Below, piece after piece: positions 50,736-63,813 of a stretch of 64,000 bases of DNA. The notes beneath the pieces are model-generated. The model worked only from the letters and a program-made list of their open reading frames with translations. It was not told the DNA's origin and ran no database searches. Source of the stretch: Lama guanicoe. Lineage: Eukaryota. A program made the translations under genes and the position numbers. Position 1 is the stretch's first letter, and each line of letters opens with the position of its first letter. The DNA lies in the NCBI GenBank assembly GCA_013239625.1, contig MU056029.1, positions 806,001 through 870,000 on the forward strand, in the 5' to 3' direction.

Positions 50736-53700
50736 GAGTGTATGAGTGTTGTACCTGGAGCCTGCTATGCAGCTATTGATCTAATATCTTCTTTCTAAAT
50801 CTTATCAACAAAGGCAATCGTTTTATGCAGTTTGCTTTACGTGACAAGTACAGAAATAGATCTTTCTTCTCTTAACCCCAGGCTATATGTGCTCTCTTGT
50901 TCTTTTTTAATATATTGTTTGGAAAGAAGTTGACTATGTAATGATCTATAGGCCATCACATTGGTCAATTATAATGACGTCATCATGCTGAATGAATCTT
51001 GAAAATGGAATATAGTGAGCAGCTCTTGTGAGATTCACGTATATCTGATAAGTTCTACAAAAGTTCAAGAGCATGACATACCATTGAGGTGTCCAGGGAC
51101 AGTGAAAAGAGGAGTTAAATGTAAAAGCATTTAGCAAAGTCAACATTTCCTTGAAGAAATGCAAGAGAGTCAGACTTCAGAAGACTTGGCAAGTCAAATC
51201 ATAGCAAGCATTTAGATGGGAAAGACTTCTACAAAACTGTCAAGGTTAATGAGTTTACACTTAATCTGTTTGTGATGGAGGAAGAGTAATTTTCTCGCAT
51301 GATTGTCATCTCCACAAAGGCATGACACATCCTCAGATATATTCAGTTTTTAGAGTTCAAGGTTGAATTTCTTTTTGCTAGAGAATCAGCAACTGATAGA
51401 AAATTCTCATGGTTTTATTTATTCTGCAGGCTAGAACTCTACAGGTTGTTTTTTAAATTATCTCAGGGTACAAAGTGTTTTTTTTTTTCTTTTTAACCTG
51501 CCTGTGGGATGCATACCCACAGGGGATGCAGGGGAAGCTGTCAGTTTTACCCCAATACCACACATCAGAAAATGCTCCTTCCGTTTCTTCTTTCTTAGGC
51601 TTAGAGGTTTGGAGGTTCTGGTGATCAAGAGAGAAATGTTTCCACTAGAGAACACAGTCCTGGTGGCATTAAGCTGAGACTGTCCACTTGGGGCCCCACA
51701 TGCCCCTGAAACTACACACGGTTAAGGAAGTTCACCCTACTGCTCAGTGTGGTATAGGTTTCGGGCGAGCTTTACTAGTGGGCATCTCCCCCTGATGACG
51801 CTGTCGCTGATGCAATGTAGTTTTCTCCCAGTGGGAGCACTTGTTTCTTGCACAAACACAAAAATAGCTGGATGTTGACAGGAAAAAAATGGTGGACTAT
51901 GTTGGGCTGTCTGCTTTTGCTCTTCTGGCCCACTCCCCACTCTCTGCATCCATCGGTGCCCAGGATGGGTTCCTCTATGGTGTATTCCCCCAGAAACCCC
52001 CATCTTCTAGCTTCCAATTGGGTTTGCAAGAGATATAAGGACAACGTGTGACCGATCATTCACTGAAACCCTCCACACCGGGCTCCTGGGTGGCCAGTGT
52101 CGACCTTCCTCTTCAGGGAACCCACCTTCTCGACTGTGGCCTTCTCTCAAAGCCATGGTTTCCTTTCCAAAGTCCAGTGGCCTCTCTCCAGCAATCCCTG
52201 CAAGCCTACAGGAGGGCTGGGGTTCTTACCATTGCTGGCCCTAGAGTGCCTCACTGTGCTTTGGCACCTTCCATGCCTTTGCCCATGTTGTAGTGGGTAG
52301 TTGTTTCATCAACGCTTTCTTCAGTAAGCCACCTGTTCCCTGTTGGGATGCTGATCGTAACCATCACAATTTCATAAAACATCAGGGGATGCAAGTGACC
52401 ATATCAAAAATCACTCTCTCATAGCCTGCTCTCCTCCACTGAAGTTATTTACTAGGATTGCTTAAAATGACCTCATATCAGAGTGTAGAATTGAACACAT
52501 CTCTAAAGATGGATGGCCCCCTCTCAGAATTCTGTGGAGGAACTCAGACCCCAGACAGCCATTGGACTGAATGAGCTTTACTGTTCTTCTAACCCTCCCA
52601 GCACAAACTCTTACTGGTTTCCACCTGGCTTGGAGTCAGTTTCATGTATTCTTACCACGTGAGTACAGTGTGACCATTTATGAGAATCTGGTCTTGGTAG
52701 TGAAGGACTCCAGTATTTTCCGGAAGGCAGATCATATGATGCTGAGTCACTCTGTGTTTCTTAAGTCAGAATCTGGAAATAAACCCGGATAATGTATTAT
52801 CCCTCCACTGTAAAAGGCAGTCCAGAGATGTTGGTCAAGAATGAATATCAAAAGGACAGAAATTCAGAAATAAAGAATAGAGTTGAGCCCAAATCACTGT
52901 GTAAAAGATGAAAGATGAATTAAACTGCTTGATATGTAATGCTGTAACAGCTGAATAGCTTGGAATAAGATGGGATGGAGAGAGCTAGAAACACTGGAAA
53001 GACAGACCAAGCAAAGCCATCATTTACACTTTGTTAAGTGACAAAGTAAATCTTATATAATCACAAGGCTTTGTTTTCTAACCTTTAGTTTTCCATATGG
53101 AAAAGTGTTTTTGGTACTTAGAACAGTGTGGTATGTAGTTAAGTCCTCAGTGAATATTTGTCAAGAGAAAGAATAATACTTCTATATAAAATTGTAGGAG
53201 CAAGCTTAACGATTCCTGTTATAATTGGTGTAGATGTGTCACAATTTAAAAAGATGTCAGTCAGCATTATAAAGTAGCCAGCTTCTGTTTATTATGGCAG
53301 GAAGACGAGGGTGTCAGGAAGAACTGAACCCTCTCACACATGTACCCAAAACTCTAGCACAGGAATATGAGAAGCTACTCATGAATGCCAGGCACAAGAA
53401 TGAGGGGAAGCAGGGTGAGGAGACATCTTCCTCCCTTGGTAACTCAAAGCTGGATGACAAAAGGAGCTTTGAGTTTTCTCTAGCTCTTCCAAAGATCGTA
53501 CTCAATTCCATCCCAGTTCCATTGTGCTCTCGCTTCTGTTATTCTCATCACCCTGGGGGGCCCAGTTGTCAAGCAATCAGAAAGCCAACAAGACTATTGC
53601 TTTGTACAAAGTTCTTGTCCTTCACCCAGGAGCCTACAAGGTGACTGGAATTCCTCCATTTTCCATTCTGTCGGCGTACAAGAAAATGCATTATTTTCTT

Positions 53701-54464
53701 TGTAATAGTCGTGCGATGTTATTTCTCTAGTGCTGTGTGAGCTGCCTGTGAACTGGAGGTCTAGCACAGCTGCTGCTCCCTTTTTCTAGGGAGAGGCAGG
53801 TTATCCACAATTGTGGGTGGTGAGATGTTGAGCAGAGTTCACATCCTCCCAAGTGGTCACTGAGTCTGCTAGCTTCTCAGTGGTTAGTCTCATGCAAAGA
53901 CAATTGAAGACAGAAGAAAGCAGGTAAATGAAACACATGACTGGTAGGCATAAAATGTATTTTGTGATGTGATTGGCAATGATGCATTTAACTTGTCAAA
54001 TTCTCTGAAATGGATCTCTCAGTTTGAGAGAGTAATTCTTAGTAGCCTGGGAGGTATGGGTCTATCTGAATCTCAGAATACTGTGTGGTTACATTTGTAA
54101 CCAGAGAAGTGGTAAAAATGCCATCCCTCATTTTTCAATGAAAGTGATCTCCACAAAGTGTTTTAAAGAAAAGTCACCTGTTACTAATAAAACAAATCAC
54201 TTTCTCTCTCATATTTAGTGTTTGGTAACCATGGTGATATGTCCTGATTTTTGTAGGCTATTATTTTTAAGATAATTCCTTAAGCCTATTTAGATGTAGC
54301 ACGTCTTACAGACTGCAGTTTCGTACAATAGTACTTTTAAGGCATCTAGACTTAATTATTTTAAAACCTTTAATAAATGCTCAGATTCAAGAGCTCTACA
54401 GAGCCAAAGTCTAGGAATTAGAAAGATGCCATCAAAAAATTCTATTGTACATTTCTCTTCCCAG

Positions 54465-54640
54465 CCTGCAGAGTTTTCAATCCTGACACTACAGCAGAAT
54501 CTCCTGGGGGAGATTTTTTTAACCACTGATGTCTGGGCTCTAACTGAATCAGAAAGTCTCAGGTGAGGTGGGGGAACCATGCATATTTCCTAAAAGATCC
54601 CCTGGGTGATTCTAATATGCCCCCATGGGATAGTACCCTT
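54465..54640. mobile_element. hAT-Charlie MITE (MER5-like)
   Basis: AGAATCTCCTGGGG...ACTGAATCAGAA...GGTGATTCTAAT. Confidence 0.7.
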
Positions 54641-56299
54641 GGCTTCTATTCTACGAAATGAATCAAGAGATTGATTTAAGTTTCAACACCCCGAAGTTCT
54701 TGAAATTTTTTACGAAAATTCCGCGGTCATAGTCTCTTCCATCCACATATGGAGGGAAGTCGAGAGCCAGGCATTCTCTGACAAGTAACTCTCTTCCGTG
54801 GGGAAGATGAGGTTGTCAGTACCTGGGAGATGATGAAGTGAAGACGAGGGGAAGCACGTCATGCTCCTCCCTCTCTGGGTGCCTCTCAGTTCCTCTGCTG
54901 TAAGCAGAGTGTGATTCTAAAAATAGCACGATCCAGTGAGATACCTTGAGAGGAAAGAAGAAAGAAAGACTGAGCTGCTTCCTCAGCATGTCTCTTTTCC
55001 TGGTACATTTATCGGTTTATATTATTAACTATAAGTCAGATTTTATTTGGAACTATATTCTGCTTGTATCAGGATTTTTTACTTACTCCATCAGAATTCT
55101 TTAATATGATTTTATTTTTAAAATGTTAAGAGTTCAGGGAGTGTGTTTCCAGAAACTTACAGCAATTATTCTTGCTTTAATTGTCTATATGTTTGTATAA
55201 AACATGCTTTTTCAATTCAGAAATCCATGGAACTACCTTTAAGTGTAACCACAGAAATATCAGTAAATGTAGTAACTATAAAATTAGATGAGACTCTCAA
55301 ATAAAACTCGATCTTTACAGCATATAAACTGTCATATATGGGAACTGACAGCTTTCATATGGGAGCTTCCACGTACATCACCAGCCTTGTGTGCTTTGAA
55401 TTGCAACCTTGTCAAAAGACACTCTGAAAAGACTGATGGGTCTTATTCACCTAAAAAATGAAGAGAATTGCCGATATGCATCAATATAGAGAAAGTAGAA
55501 TATAGCCCAACCAACACCTTGATAACATCTATACCAAGGAGGGCTTCCCCAGAAACTGTCAAGCAGATTTTGTAAGGTAAACAAGTCAACTCAGAAGAAT
55601 GGTTAGCCTTTTGAAAAGAATTACTTGGACTTGAATTAAGAGACTACCATTATACCTACATTCTCATTAGGTTTTGAGACACAACTTACACTGTTTCTTA
55701 GCTAGTATGTTCAAAAGAGGAATAGGACCACTTTTCCACAAAGCGTAAAACAGCAACATATCATTCCTGGCTCCCCCAGCTGGCCCTGGACCATGCTGTG
55801 CAGTGGAAACCTGGAGGTGGCTGGGACAACTCCGCTTCAGTGGGAATGTCTAAAATTACTATCCATTGGATACTGCTATTAATGCTATTAATATCTAATA
55901 CCAATATCCAATAATGTATTCAGTATACAGACCAAACATACACTCTTCATAGAAAATGTGGCCATCAAGAATTGGAATACCAGATTTTCCTAATTAATCC
56001 TGTAAGAGGAAAAAAAATGGAAATACCATAAATGATAGGAAATAAATGGCAGTAGGTAACCTAGGCAAGAATAAATGAGAGAAGTAACTTTCTTTCTTTA
56101 GACATTAAGCATTAATGGATAACATATAACTTAGTGATAAGAGCAGGTTCTAAAGAGAAACTTTGACAGTATATGTGCAGATGTGCTGCTTTAAGTTTCA
56201 CAGTATTCAGCTCTCAATGCAGACCTAGAAAGAACAGTCAAAACAGGATTGTTTTATGCCACCAACTCATTAGGATGGTTTGTGTTGTAAAAATAATAA

Positions 56300-56510
56300 A
56301 GATGGTGATGTCATCATCATCTGATGATGGTGATGAAGATGGTGATGATGGTTAAGATGGTGATGATAATGGTGATGTGGATGATGATGGTGATGCAGTG
56401 ATGATGATGGTAATGATATGGTGATGATGATGATAATGGTGATGATGATGATGGTGGTGATGATGGTGATGATGATGATAATGGTGATGATGGTGATGGT
56501 GATAATGGAT
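56300..56510 (+). repeat. (GAT/GGT)n compound trinucleotide repeat
   Basis: Direct reading; adjoins a MIR 3' end. Confidence 0.95.
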
Positions 56511-56740
56511 AATTAAGATTTATTAGGTAGATGATATGTACAAGCACTGTTCTAAGACCTGTACAGGTGTTATCCCATTTAATCTTCATAGTAACTATGA
56601 GGTGGGTATCATTATAATCTCCATTGTACACATACCTGATGCTCAGGGACATTAAATACCTTGCTCAAGGTCATTATAGCTCATAATGGTAGGGCTAGGA
56701 ATGAAGTCCAAATGGGAATCTGAAACCTATGCTTTCTACA
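56511..56740 (-). mobile_element. MIR
   Basis: CACTGTTCTAAG...CCATTTAATCTTCATA..AAC.ATGAGGTGGGTATCATTAT...CTTGCTCAAGGTCA. Confidence 0.8.
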
Positions 56741-57269
56741 TATATAGCATGCAAATATATGGTGACTATTTTGTAAATACCTGTATGTTACCCTGCTTCC
56801 CCAAATACAGCAAAATTCCCCATGTAGAGTCTTAAACTAGTCATGTTTGGGCGTTACTCAAACAAATGGTATTTTATCTTATGAATAGCTGGTACCACTT
56901 TCTCTGAACACCTGACCATACCCCTCACAGAAGCCTGATCTTATCCTCACTCCTTCCTCTGCTTGCCTCATCACACAGCTTTCTGCATAATATTGTTATG
57001 CAAAGAAAACCAGTACCTGGAAATCAAGTGTTTTTCCTGACAAATGTTCCTCTTTCAGTATTTAGACAAAGACAATTACTGGTAGTAGAATTTGACATTC
57101 TACCTAATGTTAGTTAACATGACCCGAGGAAGTACTGAGCAAGTACATATCAAAGTATTTTTCCTTTGGCCAAATTTCAGGTGAAATTTCCCATATGTTT
57201 CACTCGAAGGGATAAAGTTAGTGCTGTGGAAATATCTTATTTTTATCCAGATCAAAAGAAAGGTTGTGA

Positions 57270-57389
57270 TTATGGTGATGGTTCCATAGGAGTATACAGC
57301 TATCAGAATTCATCAAATTGTACATCTGAAATATGTGTAGTTTACTATACTGAATTATACGACAACAAATGTGGGTTTTTTTTTTAAAA
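57270..57389 (+). mobile_element. Short L1M-type 3' end insertion
   Basis: 16-bp TSD AAAAGAAAGGTTGTGA at 57254-57269 and 57390-57405. Confidence 0.85.
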
Positions 57390-57709
57390 AAAAGAAAGGT
57401 TGTGAAATCTGTTATTACCATCATTCTTCTGGGTTCACAGATGTGACACAGAGCTGTGAAGTGACATGATCACGGCCACAGAGTTAGGAAAAGCAGACTA
57501 AATCTGATCAGTCATCCATCAGTGCACCCCAAACTATACAGTAAGCTGCAGAGCTGTGACCACAGCCAATGCAGCAGACCAGATGCCCAAGAGAGCAAGT
57601 GGCAGGCCATGCTGCAGGCATGTTGTCAACACAGCCTCACTCTAGGGATGCTTTCCCAGGACTTGCAAATGGAAAGCAAGAGAGCTTTTAAGAACACTGT
57701 TTTTTTTTT

Positions 57710-58520
57710 TAATTCATTCTTTCATTCTACAAATATTTATTGAGCACATACCATGGGGCCCAGCAGACAGGCCCTGTCCTCCATAAGCTCAAAGCACAGA
57801 AGGGGGACTCCTTACCCAGTGCCACTGAAGCCTTTTATAAAAGGGCCACTCAGCAGCTGAGTCTTGAGGAACCAGTAGCGTAGTCTTTACCCTGAGATGC
57901 TGCCATGGAGAAGGGTAGAGCAGATGAAGGCTTGGGAAAACAACCTGCTCAAGGAGCTTGATGAGCTGGGACATGAGGGGCATGTGAGGCTGTGTGTGGG
58001 GAGAACAGAGCAGTCGGGTCAGATAATGGAGAGCTTTATGAGAGAAGTTATCTTGGAAGCCAACAGGAAGGACTGGAGAATCTTACTAGGGAGAAGAACA
58101 CAACCTAACTTGGAGAACTGTGGGGTGATTGCAGAGGGATGGAGATGAGTGAAGGAAGCACTTTGGAGGACTATTGCTTGGGTTAGAGTGAAATCACAGT
58201 GAGGGTTTAAACTGGAGAAGTAGTAAATTAATGGAGTAGGGCACGGTGACTGACTTGATATGTGGGCTCAATATGAAGGTTGGCTTGTATTTTGTTTTGA
58301 TAATTGAGGAGATGTTTGGTGTTGACTAAGGGAATAAATCCAGGAAGAAGTGTTCAGGGGACTGAAGTGGGGAGGGTAACATGATGAGCTTGAAGTGTTT
58401 GCAAGATGCTGAGATGAATCTGAAACAAAGTGTCTGAGGCTGAGGAAGGTGGACAAAGCTGAAAAAAGAAACTGGAAGTTTTCTGCAGTATTTTACAGAT
58501 AAAGCCAAGGAGGCAAATAG
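57710..58520 (-). mobile_element. L2 remnant
   Basis: Starts ATTCATTC...CAAATATTTATTGAGCAC (antisense L2 3' end), followed by purine-rich degenerate L2 text. Confidence 0.7.
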
Positions 58521-58749
58521 GTTGGGTCAAACAGATCTTATCTCATAAGAATAAGATTCATAGACAAAACCATGAGGAATAGCAGCATTTATATGGCACC
58601 AAAACAAGGTAAGACAAAAAACCCACCAAAAAAACCCCAAAAACAAGCAACAACAACAACAAAACCAAACAACAGATTGTTTGGAAAATAATTGTTTGAG
58701 TTGTTTTTGGAAGAAAGCCAACAGAATGGAGTGGCATAAAAAGCAAGCT

Positions 58750-61040
58750 TCCAGTTTCAGCTCAGACATGCATAGCACTTGGAAGTCTTTCTTACAATAA
58801 GGAAAAGTTAGAAAAAGAAAATCTTGGTGACTTTTCTTGACCCCAGCAGAGAACTGAAGTTTCAGGGTGAATCATCATTACAAAATCAGGAGAGCCCTGA
58901 CATATCCAGAGAGATACAGCTCTCAAGATTTGCTTACCTGGAGCAGAAGGATGCCTTAAGCCAGTAGGAATACTTAAATAGTAACATTGATGACCTGCTG
59001 GATGCTGATTCACTCCTGGGGAATTGCAATCACAATGATAATGCTCATATTTTTGCAGGTGACTCCTCTAGAAACTCCACCAGATTTTCACAAAAGGAGT
59101 CCAAGAAAGCTCCCAACATGGCCCTGCCTGGAAAAGGGGAAGAGTAATTAGTTGCCTTGAAACCCTTCCCAAGGCTTCTACCAAATAACGGAAAATTCTG
59201 AAACCTTAACACTGTTGGAAAAAAGGACTTCTGCCCCACTGTGGGCTGCTCCAGCATTCCTATTTCTAAGAGAAAAGGAAATTCACAGTGAATAGAGGAC
59301 AGAGCATAAAGGAGCAGACAGAAAAGCAAATGGTGGCTTGTGGGAGATATTTAACACCTAGAAGGATGGTCCTAAAACACTGCTGAAGGCAATAGTCATG
59401 AGTCACAAGCCCACTAAAAGAATGATATTTAATCAGAAGATTAGAGGATGTCCTCCTCCCACATATTCTAAGATGAAACAAATAATCTTCCATTAATAAC
59501 AGCAGATTGCAGTTAAAAAAAACTGCAAGACACATACTGTCTAAGGAGTAGTATAAAGGGAAACACAGAGGACAGGAGGGGAGGGAAAATACAAGTCCAT
59601 TAGAGGAATTTGAACCTTCTGCTGCCAATAGCAACATCAAGCATTAAATGTAGCCCAACTGATAGATTAACATAAATTCTCATATGAAAGGAATTTACCT
59701 CCCTCAGTGCTTATTACCCTGTAAAACATGACTGGATCTCTACAAGCATTAAACAAGAATAAACATAGTGTGACTGGATAAAGAAGGTGTGGTATATTTA
59801 TACAATGGAATACTATTCAGCCATAAAAACAGATAGCATAACGCCATTTGCAGCAACATGGATGATCCTGGAGAATGTCATTCTAAGTGAAGTAAGCCAG
59901 AAAGAGAAAGAAAAATACCATATGAGATCGCTCATATGTGGAATCTAAATAAATAAATAACAGAAACAGACTCATAGACATAGAGAACAAACTTGTGGTT
60001 GCCAAGGGGGCAAGGGGTGGGAAGGGACAGACTGGGATTTCAAAATGTAGAATAGATAAACAAGATTATACTGTACAGCACAGGGATATATATACAAGAT
60101 CTTATGGCAGCTCACAGTGAGAAAAAATATGACAATGAATACATGTATGTTCATGTATAACTGAAAAATTGTGCTCTACACTGGAATTTGATACAACATT
60201 GTAAAATGACTATAACTCAATTTTTAAAAAGTTAAAAAAAATGAAATGTATTGCCACTGACCTACCTGGTCTTCCATAAAGTTCATTCTCATAGAAAAGA
60301 AAAAGAATAAACTTACTGTGATGACACAAAGCAATCATCAGAAACAGACTCAGATATCACATAGATGTTGGAATTATCATACAAAGAATTTAAATAACTA
60401 TGATTAACATGGTAAAGCCACCAGTGGAAACAGTAGACAACATACACCACTAAATGGAAATAGTAGCAAAGGGATAGCAAAACACTGAAAACAATCAAAA
60501 GGAAATGCTAGGAATCAAAAGCACATTAATCGAAATGAAGAATATTTTGACAGGGTCATCAGCAGATTCCACACAAACGAAGAAGAAATCGATGAACCTG
60601 GAAGCTGGTCAATGGAAACTTCACAAAGGGAAACACAAAAGTGATGTAAATAACAGAAGAAACTTCCCAGAATTGTGGACACTATCAAAAGCTATAACAT
60701 ACAAATAATTGGAATGGCAGAAGAATGGAACAGAAGAAATATTTGAAGAAATAATGACTGAAAACTTTCCAAAATTAATGACAGATACCAACCACAGATT
60801 TTAAAAACTCACAAAATAACAAGCAGAGTATAAAATTTCAAAAGAAAAAATGGGTCAGATCATATTCAAATTGCAGACATAAAAAATAGAGAAAATCTTG
60901 AAGGAAGACAGAGGGAATAAAACACCTTATTTACAGATGAACAAGGATATGAATCATAGCAGATTCTCATCAGACACCATTCAAGCAAGAGAACAGTAAA
61001 GTAAAAATCTTTAAATTGTTAAAAGAGAAAAACAGCTACC
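58750..61040 (+). mobile_element. Old L1M 5'UTR/ORF1 remnant, interrupted by a younger L1
   Basis: ORF1-like peptides MLGIKSTLIEMKN and EEIFEEIMTENFPKLMTDTKPQI. Confidence 0.8.
59771..60302 (+). mobile_element. Young 5'-truncated L1 with probable 3' transduction
   Basis: L1 3'UTR to 60241, then 53 bp of non-L1 sequence and a second A tract; TSD AAGAATAAAC(A/T)TA(G/C)TGTGA at 59755-59773 and 60303-60321. Confidence 0.85.
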
Positions 61041-61908
61041 AGCTTAGAAACCTACATCTGATCCCACCTGACTTGCCCAAGCACTTTGGTTACAGAACAT
61101 CCACTTGTAGGTGGCCTTTTGGAACCACCTCCATCATTGGGCTTGTTTGCTTGGATCAGTTTTCCATCCTCCCCTTTTACATCTTCCTCCAGTCGTGAGG
61201 TTTTATATGGCCCAGGGCTAAGCCTAGTCAAATTGCACATGTGTAAGAGTTTGCAATTCTTTTCTTTCCTCTCACAGCATCTGTTGCAAGGTAAAAACGG
61301 AGCTTACTGCCCTGTACCAGGCTCTGGCCTCAGAGCTGGAGAAACAGACTTGAACATGAAGTACCCTTTGAGCATCTCAAAGTTATCGGTCCCTTAGACA
61401 GAGTTTCTCCAGTCATCCCTCTGTTGGATAATGCTCCTATCTACTAGAAGAGCTCATGAGTCCAGTATTTTCTGAACTGTTACCTGTCTAAACCTATATT
61501 CTGTTAACCTTGTTGTTTAAAAGACAGTTTAGATATAATAAATCCTTTGTCCCGCTTTATTTTCTTGAGTGTCTTGAAAATGGTTCACCTGTGTTGCTTG
61601 AGTTTTATGTCACTTTTGGAGTGTCTGATCCCAACCTGTGTCTCTTGCCTTTATATATTTTTTGGTCTTTTTTGCCCTGAAGGCCCTGACTTTTTTTTTT
61701 TTTTTACTTTTAAGGTCTGAAAGTTTTGTCTTGGAGTTAATCTTTCTGGGTTAGATTTCTCCACATATGTTGTAGAACTTTTCCATATGTTAATTTCAGG
61801 CTCCTTTCTTCTTTTATTTTTAAAATATGTCTTGGATCATAGTTTTAAATGTTGGTTCTGTTCCATTGTTTTGTTTTCATATTATAATTATAAGAGTGCT
61901 GGATCTCT

Positions 61909-62058
61909 CTTTTTTTTTAAATTGAGTTATAGTGAGTTTACATGTTGTGTCAATTTCTGGTGCCCAGCACAGCACTTCAGCCACACATGCACACACACAT
62001 ATTCACTTTCATATTCTTCCTCACTGTGAGCTCCTACAAGGTATGGAATGTAGTTCCC
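61909..62058 (-). mobile_element. Short L1 3' end insertion
   Basis: 16-bp TSD AGAGTGCTGGATCTCT at 61893-61908 and 62059-62074; T tract at left. Confidence 0.9.
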
Positions 62059-62228
62059 AGAGTGCTGGATCTCTTGTACTCATTTTCTATGTCAACTATT
62101 TTAACTGATCCTTTTGACTCCTCTCTTCATAAATCAAATTTTCTTCCTCTTGGATGTTTTCCTGCTTTTTTTTTCCAGTATAACTTATTACATTTTTAAT
62201 CAAATCTATTCTCCTTGGGAAACCTGTG

Positions 62229-62874
62229 GGTCCACACAAAAGCTACTAGAGCTGATTGCAGAATTCAGCAAGGTAGCAGGTTACAAAATTAACGTTCAAA
62301 AATCAGTTGCATTTCTTTACACTAACGATAAATCAACAGAAAAAGAAAGTAAAGAAACAATCCCCTTTAAAANNNNNNNNNNNNNNNNNNNNNNNNNNNN
62401 NNNNNNNNNNNNNNNNNNNNNNNNNNNNNNNNNNNNNNNNNNNNNNNNNNNNNNNNNNNNNNNNNNNNNNNNNNNNNNNNNNNNNNNNNNNNNNNNNNNN
62501 NNNNNNNNNNNNNNNNNNNNNNNNNNNNNNNNNNNNNNNNNNNNNNNNNNNNNNNNNNNNNNNNNNNNNNNNNNNNNNNNNNNNNNNNNNNNNNNNNNNN
62601 NNNNNNNNNNNNNNNNNNNNNNNNNNNNNNNNNNNNNNNNNNNNNNNNNNNNNNNNNAAAGGTCCACACAAAAGCTACTAGAGCTGATTGAAGAATTCAG
62701 CAAGGTAGCAGGTTACAAAATTAACGTTCAAAAATCAGTTGCATTTCTTTACACTAACGATAAATCAACAGAAAAAGAAAGTAAAGAAACAATCCCCTTT
62801 AAAATAGCACCCAAAGTAATAAAATATCTGGGAATAAATCTAACCAGGGAGGTGAAAGAATTATACACAGAAAA
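62229..62874 (+). mobile_element. Internal L1 ORF2 fragment(s) spanning an N gap (62373-62657)
   Basis: Open peptide [33 protein letters not shown]...[17 protein letters not shown]; first 144 bp repeated on both sides of the gap. Confidence 0.9.
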
Positions 62875-63288
62875 TCTAATTTGATTTTTTATTCCATTTT
62901 TTTTCCTGGAATTTGAAAATCTCTTTCCTTTTTTTTTTTCTGCTGTTGTTGTTCCTCTTTTCCTATTCTTAGTTTTTGTGCATCTGCTTTAATATTTTTT
63001 AAAGGATCTCTATTTCAGTTTAGAGTGCTGTGTTAAAGGGTTTTTTTTTTCTGATTCTTGGTTGTTTATTGGGTTAGGAATATTCTTCAATAGACATATG
63101 TTGATTTTCATTGTCTTTTTTTCTTCATTCAGTAGCTTGAAACAGATCAAGATTTAAGTTTGTTCATTTTGTGAGCACAGTTGATATTCCACAGTGAACT
63201 ATAAGATTTCCAGTTCTAGAGTATCCTTTTTTTCAGTATAGCAAAGAAGAGTAGTGTGGTTTATTTAATAAATGGCTTTTTTAATGAG

Positions 63289-63813
63289 TGTGTTGGGAGT
63301 CCCCAAAGACTCATAGGACTTGGAAAGCTTTTGTATTCCTCATTACAGTTTATTACAGCAAAATGATAGTTTAAAGTTAACAACAGAAAAAGATGCATGT
63401 GACAAAGTCCAGGAGAAACAAAGTGCAAGTTTCCAGGTGTTCTTCTCAGTGGGATTATACTAATGCAGTAAAGGTATGTGACAAGAGGTACAGAGCGGTA
63501 CCAACCAGGGAAGCTCACCCAAGCCTTGATGTCCAGAGCTTTTATTAGGAGTCAGTCACACAGACCTGCAGCAACTGCATTATCTACCCCTGGCAGCCAG
63601 ACTCCAGCTTCTTTTGAGCAAAAACAAGCATTCACATGAACTGCTTTTGTTAGCGTCAACTCTGATCAGGCTAGTCTGCCTGTAGAGGCTTTCTTATTAG
63701 GCAGAATATTCCTAAGACTTGGAGCTTATCTCCCAGAAGCTGGCCAAGGGCTTTTGCTGGGAATGTGCAAGGTTTTAGCCACTCAGGTCTGCTGAGTTAA
63801 CCCTTGTCTGCAC
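63289..63813 (-). mobile_element. ERVL-type LTR (MER21/MER77-like)
   Basis: TG...CA termini; TTTATTACAGC, ACCAGGGAAGCTCAC, CTGCTGAGTTAACCCTT. Confidence 0.75.

Noticed and set aside
50974..50983. Perfect CRE palindrome ATGACGTCAT
   Set aside because: A single short motif with no supporting context
53294..53644. 116-aa ATG ORF in unique sequence
   Set aside because: No domain similarity or convincing splice/promoter context; length within chance expectation
54710..54822. Strong minus-strand acceptor followed by a short open frame (TDNLIFPTEESYLSENAW...)
   Set aside because: No upstream partner or recognisable homology; may be a chance polypyrimidine tract
62114..62884. 256-aa ORF
   Set aside because: L1 ORF2 fragment plus N gap, not a host gene
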